A stretch of DNA of 64,000 nt from Camelus ferus (lineage: Eukaryota), in contig NC_045696.1 of assembly GCF_009834535.1 (NCBI RefSeq), positions 13,518,001 to 13,582,000 on the forward strand, given 5' to 3'. Of the stretch, positions 26,691 through 37,440 are shown in pieces. The position numbers and the translations under genes were made by a program. Below the pieces are notes generated by a model. That model was not told the DNA's origin and searched no databases. It saw only the letters and a program-made list of their open reading frames with translations. The first letter of the stretch is position 1, and every line of letters starts with the position of its first letter.

Positions 26691-27696
26691 CTGTGATTGC
26701 GTATGTAGATGATGATGCATAACATATGTAAATTTATCTTTCTGTTACTATTATTATTAGAAATGAGATACATCTGTCCCAGAAATTGCACATGGAATTG
26801 TTTTTTTTCATTTTCCACTAATGGTGGTATGTTACTGTCTACTCAGGTCACCTAGATCCAGTTCTCACTATTGGTTATAGGTTGGCTGGTCATGTGAGAG
26901 AGATGTCTGTGACTGAAGTGTGTGTGTATGTGTGTGTGTGATTAATTGGTTGTTGACATACACTGGGGTATAAGCCAGAAAGACAGGAATGATCCCAGCA
27001 TCCCCTAGAGAATTCCCAGCAGCCGCCATATCTGTCTTCCATGCAGGCTGCTGGGAAATCTCTGGAATGTAGTAATAATGCTCAGGACACCACCATTCTG
27101 GAGGACCCCCTTCATGACTACAAGCTGTGATGTAAGGTTGTAAACTTTTCAACAGACACCCATAACGTGTGAGAACCATGCATAACTACACACTCAATAA
27201 CCTTTCTAATACTTAATGTGCATGAATTTTACCTTAAATTTTATACTTTTCATTTCTTTTTTCCCCCCAATGGCTGAAATTGAAACAGACACCCTTGCAA
27301 TAAAAGTAGATCAGTAATTAATTCATTCAAGCATTCAAGTGCCTTCTCTATGTAAGTACAGTGCAAAGTGCTGGACATTTATGATGTACTTTACTTTGAG
27401 GTATTTTAAGTTACTGTAATACTTATAGTATTAATGCAAGTTAATAATCAAGAGCCCCATTTTGTTGGTTGGTTGGTTGGTTGGATGGTTAGTGGTTTGT
27501 TGGAAAGAGAAAGGAGGGTGAAATGAAAAATAATGCATTTCAATTCTTCTCTTTTCTTCCTACAACACATACACACACACACACACACAAGCAGACACTT
27601 GCTCAGTCCCCCAACCCTTTGATATTTTGTATTCAATGCTGAACTTGACTGACATAAGAAACTCAGTGTAGAGAGGCAGGTTTCCTCTGAGCTAAA

Positions 27697-27717
27697 GCTG
27701 GTTTCCATGGTGCTGAA
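27697..27717 (-). promoter_or_regulatory. Candidate RE1/NRSE (REST site)
   Basis: Minus strand TTCAGCACCATGGAAACCAGC versus consensus TTCAGCACCACGGACAGCGCC: perfect left half-site, canonical spacing, degenerate right half. Confidence 0.45.
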
Positions 27718-29930
27718 ACGTCCATTTAAAAGTAAGCATGGTCCTTAGGTACATGCAGGGTGGTGTTCATGCCAAGCATAGGTCACTCAGAGCCAGGAGG
27801 AGTAAGACATTTGTACTGCATAGAAACAGCACCAGGCCATGCAATTTTACTTTATGCATTCTGGCTCCCATTTAGAAAGAGGAAATCTCATTATCCTGTG
27901 GCATATATTTTAAGGTCAGTGAATCAATGTTGGGTTGTTTTCACTTTGAAAACTACTTTTAAGTGGATGAATGTGATCGCTTGGAGCTTGGATAAATACT
28001 CAGATCTGTGCATAGATGTCTTAAAACATCCTTTTCCACCCCCTTCTGGAATTCCTTTACGTTTGAGTGATGTAGGGGAAAGAAAATGTTATCTTAAGTT
28101 TGTTGTAGAGGAAGCAGGGCTGTTGACTGGCATTGTTCCAGTTTGTCCAGATATGTCTCTTAAAATATATAGAAATAACCAAAATGCCAATAAAGTTAAT
28201 TAGCATTAAAATTGTAACATACACATTGTTTACTTTGTGTTTTTCAAAGGAATTTTGTTACCAGAGTGTGTAAAGCTGACTGCATCCCCCCCCCCCAAAA
28301 AAGTGAGGGGATATTATTAAGTCATGGTGTTATTTTTTGTAAAAGGAAGACTCTGGTACTTTTTAAACGAACAGTCTAAATTATCCAATAAAGTGCACAT
28401 TATCATTATCCTTAGTCTAGAAAAAGACTTCTGCAGTAAAAGTTAGTATTCTAGATCATTTCTTTCATTGAAAATCACATCCCATATACCTAAGGGAAAT
28501 GCATTTCAAAGTAGTCAACCTCTATTTTTTTTCTTTTAAATGAGCATGTTCAGTGACAAGACCTAGGTTCTGAATCTTTGAAAAGAAGTTTGCTAATTGC
28601 AAGTCAGGACTAGTAAAGTTATTGAGAATTTTTAGCCACTCAGGGGTGACATTCAAGAGTGCCCCACACTGTTCTTTGCACATTTTGTCAGTTTCTAGAA
28701 AGGGTATGAGTTAGACGCCCTCAGAGCTCAGGACTTCACTCTAGCTTCCTACAGGGAGAAACTGGAGAAGCTGGGAGCCCAGTCTGGTGTCATGATTTCA
28801 CCTGTGGCTCTTCTCTTTCACTGGGTCTTTAAGAAGCACAATTGGGGAAAAGGGATAAACTGAGATTAAGGGAATAGAAATTGGGTTTAGTTTGCAAGGG
28901 AGAACAATAAGGAAGGCAAAGAGGTATTTTTCAACCCAGAAAGCAGCCCAGGAATCGCTCAGTGCTCCACAGACCAAACTTTGGTGATGAGTGCCGGACG
29001 TTTAGGTACCTGAATCCAAACACTAACAAAGTTCCCTCCTTCCCCCATTTATTTTGCTTGCCTTTTGCTCCCTTTAGACATCCCCAGGATTCCTATATTC
29101 AGTCTTCTAGTATCTTTTTATACCCCTCCCCACCACCCGGGACGGAAATTCAGTCTTCCAGGGAGTTACCTTGACTGGGGACTGGATCAAGCTCAGTGGC
29201 AGGCAGGTGGGGCAGATTGGGGGACAAGGGAGAAACTTAGGTGCCTGCTTACGGCGCTGCCTTGACCGTCCTCCCTACTCCTTGAACCTTCAGCCAGAAG
29301 TCATATCCGGACTCTGCCCCTCTCTAGAGGAATCCTCCAGACTTTGGTGACTCCTCGGGGAAGAACCCAACTTAAGGATGAAAACTTGGAGGATCGGAGC
29401 TAGCAGGCTCTGGGGAGTCCCCGCGTCCCTAGTGGTCCCCACATTCTCCTCCTGAGATCTGGGCATGCCCGCAAGTACCCAAAGCACCGATTGCCAGGGA
29501 CCCCAGCTGCAGACCTAGACTGCACGACGCCCACCGAGGCGCCGGGGAGAGCGCATCTCCGCGCCCAAATCGACTGGCCGCAGCCACGCGCGACCCCACG
29601 CCAGAGCAAGGTGCCAGTCCGAGCGAGCCTGGGCCCCTTGCTCTCTTGCCCGCGTTCCTGGTGCCCAGATTAAAACAGAAAACAAAAACAAAAACAAACC
29701 GCCAACCGTACCCCGCGGGGAAGCCCCGGACTCGCCAGGAGGGAAGCAGTGACGCGGCTGCTGCTCCTTTCCCGGAGCCCCCGGAGCGCGCTGACCTCCA
29801 CTACCCCCAGCCCCTGCCCCCGCGCCAGCGCCCGCTGCCTCACCCGGGACCCGCTGCGCCCGCCCTGGCCGCGGGGAGCGACCACATCTCCCGAGCAGGC
29901 AGCCTGGAGCGCTCCCCGAGGTTCACTCAC

Positions 29931-30049
29931 CGATCCTGAGCACTTGCGGGGCGGTCTCGGGGAGGATGTAAGCAGAGGAAATAGAGGAGTGCCCAGCTGG
30001 TGTCCCTGGTCCAGAGCCTGGGCTGGGCGAGGAGTGTGCGGCGCTCCAT
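29931..30049 (-). CDS. GRIK1: GRIK1 coding exon 1 (glutamate receptor ionotropic kainate 1, GluK1/GluR5; signal peptide), with an apparent +1 frameshift at 29970/29971
   Basis: Translates MERRTLLAQPRLWTRDTSWALLYFLC [extra T] YILPETAPQVLRI-G|gtgagt, matching the human GluK1 N-terminus as I recall it (MEHGTLLAQPGLWTRDTSWALLYFLCYILPQTAPQVLRIG). Good Kozak context (AAAATGG) and canonical donor. Confidence 0.96.
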
Positions 30050-30600
30050 TTTCCCAGCTTCTTAATTCATGCCGAGACCCAGCCGCTGCCGCACGCCCCG
30101 GAGATACAGCCCGCTCGGGCCGGGTCCCCGCCTCATCCTCTCTGGGATGCTCCGCGTTTGCACCCTGCGCGCTCCCCCCGGAAAGAGATCGAGGGAACCG
30201 TCGTGGGAACGCGGAGCTGGCAGGCGACGCTGGCCTCACTCGGGGCTCCTCGCTTCTGCCGCTAGCCCATCACTGCTCCTCTTCCTCCTCCTCCATGGGC
30301 CGCAAACCGCGGAGAAGCAGCGCGCAACCGCTCCCGGAGCCGAGAGACCAGCTGAGGAAAGTTGCTGCCCCAATTTGCGGGAACGTCTCCCTCATTCGTC
30401 CTCTGGTCGGATGAGAAAGTGGTGGTGGAGAGGGTAGGTAGAGGGTGCCACGAGAGAAGGAGGCGTAAAGGAGAAAGAAGGCGAAGGAGAAGGGAGAGGG
30501 TACCGGGCGAGTTGGTGCAGGGGCTCTGAGCAAGCAGGATGAGCTCCAGCAGGTTAACTGGGATGGAACCACGCTCTTGCTTCTCTCAGTTCTTGCTTTC
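30050..30600 (-). other. GRIK1: GRIK1 5' UTR (TSS approximate)
   Basis: GC-rich leader upstream of the ATG within the CpG island. The 5' end is inferred only from a TATA-like element at 30625-30632. Confidence 0.55.
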
Positions 30601-30624
30601 CTCCTCCCCTCGACGGCCCCACCC

Positions 30625-30643
30625 TTTATTTACTGCCCGCCCC
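30625..30643 (-). promoter_or_regulatory. GC box (GGGGCGGGC) adjacent to TATA-like TAAATAAA
   Basis: Minus strand ...GGGGCGGGCAGTAAATAAAGGG..., oriented toward GRIK1. Confidence 0.4.
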
Positions 30644-31534
30644 GGCACGCTGATCCAGACACTCACACAGCCTCACGCGCACGCACACTCTCTCCCTCAA
30701 CTTTGCGCTGTGATGCTGGAAAGTCTATTGAGTAGGGCAGCCTGAGGACAGAAGATTTAACCTGCTGGTCAGAGCAGAGGCGGACTCAGCTGCGGGCTGC
30801 GAATGACAGAGGGGCCTCTTTGGTAATGTCCCTGTGCGCCTGTTAGGGGGTCATAGAGCTGGCCAACTAAGACTCTTCCCATCACTTGATGGAGAATCGC
30901 CATCTCGGACGCCAATATTTCAGAGAATAAAAGAACTCCTGTTTTAACTCTGGCAAAGATGAAGAAAAGGGGAAGGAGGAGGAGGAGGAGGAGGAAGACA
31001 AGGAGAGAAATGAGAAACCTTCAGTACTCTAAGATTAAAGTGGCTTCTTTTTCCTATTCAGACCCGAGATAATCTCTTGTAAATCGCTTCCATTTACACG
31101 CGCAGAACTGGGAAAGAGGCAGCTTCCAGCGCCGCTCCTTTTCTTGGTTTCTTTTGACTGTCACGTTTGAACGCTGGAAGATAGGCTATTTTAGCACTGT
31201 AGGTTTGGAGCCTTTCTCTGTAGAAGGACAAGGACACTTCCCTGGGGAAATCATCAGCTTTTGATCATTTTGGCTTAATTTCCTTTGAGCTTTGTGGGGA
31301 AACGTTCTATATAAATGTTTGTTAGCTCTGCATTAACATTCATAGAGATTTTTTTCCCCTCTAGGTATGGATTTTGGAGAACTGACCTAAACTGAGTTAA
31401 TCCATATGAAAAATATGCCCATAGGCATATAGACCTAGAATAGGAAAGGGTTGCAAAGGAAATAGAATAAAACTTCAGATGTATTCATTCATTCAACAGA
31501 TACTACAGAGCGACTTGTATGTGGTGCCAGACAT

Positions 31535-31536
31535 TA

Positions 31537-31567
<31 letters not shown>

Positions 31568-31571
31568 TTTT
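31535..31571. repeat. (TA)n followed by poly-T, inside an L2 remnant
   Basis: Direct inspection. Confidence 0.9.
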
Positions 31572-32224
31572 AACTGAAGACCCTATAGTGGAAAAATGCA
31601 CCATCCATCCTCCAAGGGAGGTTATAACTCCACTGCTGAAAGCTAGTCAGTTCATATCTCAAATGGTGTGCCTGGCTCCGGATACTTTTGTATGAGAGTT
31701 GACAAGACAGATCGTATCAACAGATAAGAAGATTTGATCTAGATTTAAGAATACATCTTATACATAGATTGATGAACCCAAGAAAAATTAGGGGCATATG
31801 CTGTTTATCTTCAGTAATTTGAAGAGCTCTTGTGTTATAAGAAAGGAGTCACAATATTAGGCAAGTGAGAAGAAATAAGAAAAATAAGAATATTGGATGG
31901 AAGTTGTAGAAGAGTAAATTTCACTTATCTGGGCAAGGGACATTTCTAAGTCTGGAAAGTGTCAAACAATGGTATGACCTGCTTCAGAAAAGAGTCAGAT
32001 TCTCCTTTCATTCATTCATTCATTCATTCATTGGTCTATTCAGTGCATATTTAAGTACTTACTTTGTGGGAGGCATTGTGTTCAGGCCCTGGAGACACAG
32101 TGGAAGTATGGTTGTTGTCATAATGAGATTTGTATTAGACATAGTCAGTTGCCTAATTTTTCCTGGTATGTCCAGGATTAAGAGAATAAATACTGCATGG
32201 CTAAATATTGAGAACCCAAATTCT

Positions 32225-32850
32225 AGAATTAGCTCAGCTTTTGAACAAACTGTATTTGAATTCTGGTTTTACCTAGTTCTAGATTTGTAGCCTTGGTTAA
32301 ATTATCTCCCTGTAGTTGACATTGCTGGTGCTTACCTATATCTATTTCTCATCTTCCCAGGCACATTAAAGCCTGTACCTTTTTAGTTAGGTGTAGTAAT
32401 CAGCCAATGACACGTGAGTAGAAGTAGTATGTGCCACTTCTGGGTGACCAAGAAAAGCAGTGAAAAGATCTCACATGTCCCTTCAGGCCTCTCTTCTCTG
32501 GCCGGAGTAGTTCTGAAATCCACAGGTTCTAGACATCAAGATGGAAGCAGCCTGGATCCCTGAGTCTTTTGAGAAAGAGTTGCTTGAATAGTTGTCAGAC
32601 CAGCAGCAAACTGGTGACAAATCAGAAAGAAACAATTTTAGATTGTAATCCATTAAGGTTTGGGGACCTGTTTGTTACTGCAGCATAACCTACTCTATAC
32701 TGATTGATATACTCTCTAAGACTTGATATCTTCATCTACAAGATGAGAATAATAATACAATAGAGCCATTGGAGGCTTATATGAGCTACTGCATAGAAAG
32801 TATTTTCCAAGGCTCTCCTTACTTAGTATATGTTAGTTCATTTGTGGTAA
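32225..32850 (+). mobile_element. MIR SINE split by an MLT1 LTR
   Basis: ctgtatttgaattctggttttacc...gccttggttaaattatctccc | LTR | ctctctaagacttg...tcttcatctacaagatgagaataataata. Confidence 0.7.
32311..32711 (+). mobile_element. MLT1I/J-type solo LTR
   Basis: tgtagttgacattgctggtgcttacc...gccaatgacacgtgagtagaagt...aagatggaagcagcctggatccctgagtc...tgtttgttactgcagcataaccta; 5-bp TSD ctccc/ctctc. Confidence 0.82.
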
Positions 32851-33749
32851 TTTACTTTTTTTAGTTAAATTAATCTATACACACATTTCTAGTTTAAATG
32901 TGCCTCAGATGGCAGAGACTAACATATTCTGTCTAGTAGGAATGAGTCAGTTTACAGTACAGTAATAGTAATTTGGCCCAGTACTATTTAAGGATTTTTT
33001 TTTTTACTTTTACCTGCATTACCTTTGGTCTCTAAGTTTGTTTTCAGTTGGTAGAGATACTAGGAAGATTGCTTTTCTTAAAGTAGGCTTCTTAAAGTAT
33101 AAATGCACACTTAAGTTACTTTTCTGTATCATCTGTAAAATCTGTAAAGCTTAAAACTGATATTTATTTTCTTGTTAAAATGCTCTCCTCCACTGCTCAT
33201 GTACAGAGCCTCATGGTGTTAAGTCACTCATGAGTGATCAGCAGCTGCTGTTAATTTGTTTTGTGTTTTTTAGAAGGACTGTATTTTGTGTATATATGCA
33301 TCTAGTTATTTTTTCGCCCAGAATGACTATGTTAATCACTCTTGACTCACATAGTGCCGTCTTAAGAATAAAAATACCCAATTGAATGCATTCTGTCTTT
33401 TTCCCACTCCCCAAATCGTAAGCTTAAATTGATGCACTGTGGTTAATAATGAATCAATATGGTAGTGTGCAGCATTGTGCTTCTTATGAGAACTAGTGAC
33501 ATTAAGTAGACAGTAATCCATTTAAGATTGCTTATTCTTAATATGACTAGAAAAAAAGAAAAAAAATAACTTAGAATAAACTAAGGAATCCAAATATTAT
33601 AAACGTGTTTTCAAAGTGGTGAGTATACTTGAGCACAGTTCTAATGTTACTCAGGGCACCAAAAGGGAAAGATCAAGCGATTTTAGGGCCTCCTAAGAAT
33701 GTGTAGCTGATTTAGGATCAAAATCTTCATTTCTTGGCTACTTCTTTAT

Positions 33750-34640
33750 CTATATATTTTTTCCCTAGGTGATGCCGTATGTCTTTAAGACACATTCAAT
33801 ATCTTTAAGTAATAAGGCCCTCCAAATGTTGTCTTTTGCCCAGATCTTGCCTCTGAACTCCAGACTTACTTAGCCAATCCTATTTCCTACTGACTAAACA
33901 TCACTTGATTCTGTGCCATATTATTGCTCCCTCCCAAGTTCTCTTCCAAACTTTCTTATTTCAGTATGTGTACCACCTTCCATCCAGTTAGGAAAACTGA
34001 AAACTCAACATGTCATCCTTGACTTCTCCCTTACTTTCCCTCCCACATCCATTTTTCATACACTATTGGTTTTACTCCTCAAACATTTCTCTGATCTGTT
34101 TCTCTTCAGTTCCACTGCTATCACACTGGCCTGGGCTTTCTCACCCTCAAAATGTTTGACATTTGAAGCCAGAAAATTATTTGTAGTGGAGGCTGTCCTG
34201 TGCCTTGTAGGATGTTTAGCAACTTCCCTGGACTCTAGCCACTAGATGTCAGTAGTACCCTCCTCCCAAGCTGTAACAACCAAAAAATGTCTGCAGACAT
34301 TGCCAAATGTCCTCTGAAGTACAAATCACCCCTGGTTGAGAACCACTACACTCGCTCAAATCACTATGCTCTTCCATCTGCTCTATTACAATAGTTTCCT
34401 AATTGTTCCTCTCTCCCATTGCCTCTTTTTATCCATTCTGTCTGTCTGATTGAAATTTGTTCCTCCCATTAATTTCCCTCACAATGCCCTGCTTAGTTCC
34501 CTCATGGTCATTATCAACTCTCTAATTGTTTGTTTACTTCGTTAAAAACTCAATAATGGTCGACTACTCTGTTTACCCGAAACCTAGCACTGTGCCTGGC
34601 ACTTAGGAGGAACTTGATAAATGCTTATTGAAAGAATGAA
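33750..34640 (+). mobile_element. L2 LINE fragment interrupted by MER20
   Basis: cccagatcttgcctctgaactccagact...gtcatccttgacttctccc...cctagcactgtgcctggcacttaggaggaacttgataaatgcttattgaaagaatgaa. Confidence 0.78.
34131..34348 (-). mobile_element. MER20 DNA transposon
   Basis: ggctgtcctgtgccttgtaggatgtttagcaac...cactagatgtcagtagtacc...gacattgccaaatgtcc...ggttgagaaccact. Confidence 0.88.
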
Positions 34641-35409
34641 GCCATATGATCTACAAGCTCATCAGTGCATATTTGTAAGATTGAACTGAATAAGGAGCCA
34701 AATTTCTCTTTTGACTTCATTCAGAGCTCCTTCATGAATCAGTTTATAGTCAGTGTCATACTCAGAACATTAATAATCCTGTGTCTAGCAAAACTGGAGG
34801 ATAATCCTACACGCGTATCTACAAATGTCAGCAAAATGCTATATGGAGTTGGGGTTTCTCTTAACATTTTGCTTTTCAGCACCATGTTTACCATTACACA
34901 CATCTTAACAATTTTACTGCCATTTTCATGCTAACACTGGTCCACTTGCTAAAGCACTGTGGAAAGTAACTGTAGTGAAATCTTTGAAAGAAAAAGAAGT
35001 CCTATTTATTGACATCTTTATAGCCTATTATAACAACCTGAGAGTGCAGAGAAATCCCATCATGTGAAAGGCCTGAAACAAGTTGGTAGGTAGCTACTTT
35101 CATGCGTAAGTGTGGCTCTTCTGAGATTAAAGAAGAAACGATGCAGGCTGGGTATTCAGGATGTCAGGAGACCTGAGTCCCAACCCTGGCCTGATCACTA
35201 ACCACAGCTCACTGCTCACAGTCAAGTTCCACAGCCTCCTGAGGCCTCAATTATAACACCAAGTAGGTTGGACTGATTTCTAAAAGCCAATGGGGATGAA
35301 TGTTCTCCATTTCTCCTTCCAGCTCTAAAAGCCATTTTTGTAAAGGAAGGGTGCACAATTCACCTCTGTTCTGCTTTGATTGTAAATAAGATAAGCTTGT
35401 CCTTAACAT

Positions 35410-35640
35410 AACAGGTATTTATTTTTTGCTTCTTGTATGTGCCAGGCACTCTTCTTAGTGTTGATACAGGTCTTCATGGACTCAGCACTGGTAGTGACCT
35501 TGGGAGGTAGGCACTACTCTTATGAAAATGTTCCTGATGAGGAGACTGAGACACAGAGAGGTGAAGCAACATGTCAGAAGTTACACAGCCAAGTGACAGA
35601 GCCAGAATTTAAACTTAGTCAGTCTGGTTCTAGAGCACTC
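35410..35640 (-). mobile_element. MIR SINE
   Basis: tatgtgccaggcact...gatgaggagactgagacacagagaggtgaagcaac...gagccagaatttaaacttagtcagtctggttctagagc. Confidence 0.85.
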
Positions 35641-35644
35641 ACTT

Positions 35645-37440
35645 TTATTTATTTTTTTATTAAATTGAAGTGAAATTTACAAAACATAATAAGAACCATT
35701 TTAAAAGGACTCATTCAATGGCATTTGGTACATTCATGATATTGTGCAACCATCAGCTCTATCTCATCCCAGTGTGGCTGGGACATCGTGAGTGAGACAG
35801 AATCAGCAAAGGTGACTCAGAGGGACAGTGAGTACTTCAATCAGCTAAGGACTTGTGGGCGGCTGGAAGGACTTTGACTTTGAACCTGGGTGAAAAGGGA
35901 AGTCACCGAAGGTTTTGAATAGAAGAGTGACATAATCAGGCTTGCGCTTTGTGTTGCTAGTTTTGTTTCAGGGACAATACTAGATATTAGAGACACAGTG
36001 AACAGATTTGACTCTTGCCCTCATGGAGCCTACAGTCAAGTAAATAGTTCTGCAAATAAATATAGAATGACAAATTGTGTTGATAATAGCTGAAGTTTTA
36101 AAGTACAAAATGTATAAATCCTAAGTTTTGGGCTGAAGCAGGAATTATCACAAAGTGAACACCATCATGTAATCAACCAGCCAGACAAGAAACAGAACAC
36201 CAATTAGAACCTTTCAGGTCCCTCTTGGCTATACCCACCCCGTCCCCAAATGTCACCACTATCTTGACTTTCAACGGCAGAGATTAGTTTTGCCTGTTTT
36301 GAGACTTAACATGAATACAATATATATTATTTTGTGCCTGGCTTCTATCAAATGATAGCTAATGTTACTGAGCCCTTACCATAGGCCAGTTTTGTGGTTC
36401 ATATTTAAGAGTCACCATGACCCTCTGACATGTCACTAATATTACTATGCTCATTTTGCAGAAGAGGACATTGAAGCACAGAGGCAGATTGCCATTTCCA
36501 TGAAGGAAAGCAGAAGGATGTGATAGATTTGAAAAGCAGAACTTGTGTTGGAGTAGGAGCTTAAGGAAGAGTGCTCTGAGGAAGTAGACTTTACACGTTG
36601 CCTTGAAGGGTAGTTGGGAGATACTGAAGAGGGAAGAAGAATAACATTCAAGGTAGGGGAAGGATCTGTTGTGAGAAGCTTGCAACCATATGAATGTTTG
36701 CTATAAGGCCTGAGTGGCTGATGTGAGCTGGAGAGAGGGTGGCACCAGATGAGATGCGGATGAGATGGGAAATGTGAACAGAGCCCAGACCCTCAGGATC
36801 CTTACCAGCCTTCCTGAAGATCTGAGAAATGATTCTAAAAACAATGTGAAACCTTTTGAGCCTGGCTCCATCTTTCCTATATAATCATTCACCCACCCAG
36901 CCATGTGCTTCATAAGGCAAAATCCTCACCACCTAGGCCATAAAGATATCAGCATCTTCTCCTTGTGTTTCCTTCTCGTGTTCCTCTTCATTCCAGCCAC
37001 ACAGAATGGAACTCTCCTGCTCTCTTGGATCTGGTCCCATCCATTCTCTTCTGGTTCTCAACCATGTCCAACACTTCCTGTGTTGTGACATTTCCCCAAG
37101 ATGCTCTCAGCCATCTTGAATATTCTTTTCCTCACACTTTTCCTAATGAAGTCTTATCCATGCCTCATATCTCGTTACTCAGAGAAACTTTCATTGGATC
37201 CACGCTGAAAATTATATCCACCCATTTTACTTTTCCATAGAACCCTGAACTTTTCTTTCTCAGCATTTATTACCAATTTTAACTATTTGTTTAGTGTTTA
37301 GTCTCCTTCAAGATTGCAAGCACCAGGAAGCCAGGGTCTTTTTATATGGTATCAGGGATCTGGGTATATTCAGAGTCTTTCCCAACTCCTGATTCATAGT
37401 TGGAACTCAATTTATAATTGCAGACTGATTGGATGTGAAT
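35645..37440. mobile_element. Cluster of L1, L2 and MIR fragments in mixed orientation
   Basis: L1 3' piece at 35645-35772 (-), L2 pieces at 35773-36080 and 36560-36855 (-), L1ME-like at 36100-36345 (-), MIR at 36360-36560 (-), L2 at 36900-37440 (+). Confidence 0.55.

Larger units (their letters stand above)
1..29930 (-). other. GRIK1: GRIK1 intron 1 (5' portion; continues beyond window start)
   Basis: Begins with donor GTGAGT at 29930 on the minus strand. I found no sequence encoding the next GluK1 residues (GIFETVENEPVNVEELAF...) in 1-29930, consistent with the known very large first intron. Confidence 0.9.
29400..30900. promoter_or_regulatory. GRIK1: CpG island covering the GRIK1 promoter, exon 1 and the start of intron 1
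   Basis: Abrupt rise in GC content and CpG density against an AT-rich, CpG-depleted background; contains the GRIK1 start codon. Confidence 0.92.

Noticed and set aside
27760..28203. 147-aa ORF antisense to GRIK1
   Set aside because: GTG start, no recognisable homology or splice context.
29646..30572. Long overlapping ORFs in the CpG island (189, 221, 122, 100 and 97 aa)
   Set aside because: Pro/Arg/Ala/Gly-rich by-products of GC-rich, stop-poor DNA, mostly with non-ATG starts. The real coding frame is the short GRIK1 exon, which the ORF track does not list.
33224..33237. Perfect 14-bp palindrome TCACTCATGAGTGA
   Set aside because: A few palindromes of this length are expected by chance in 64 kb.
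34875..34886. RE1 left half-site TTCAGCACCATG
   Set aside because: No right half-site follows (tttacc), so it is too weak alone.
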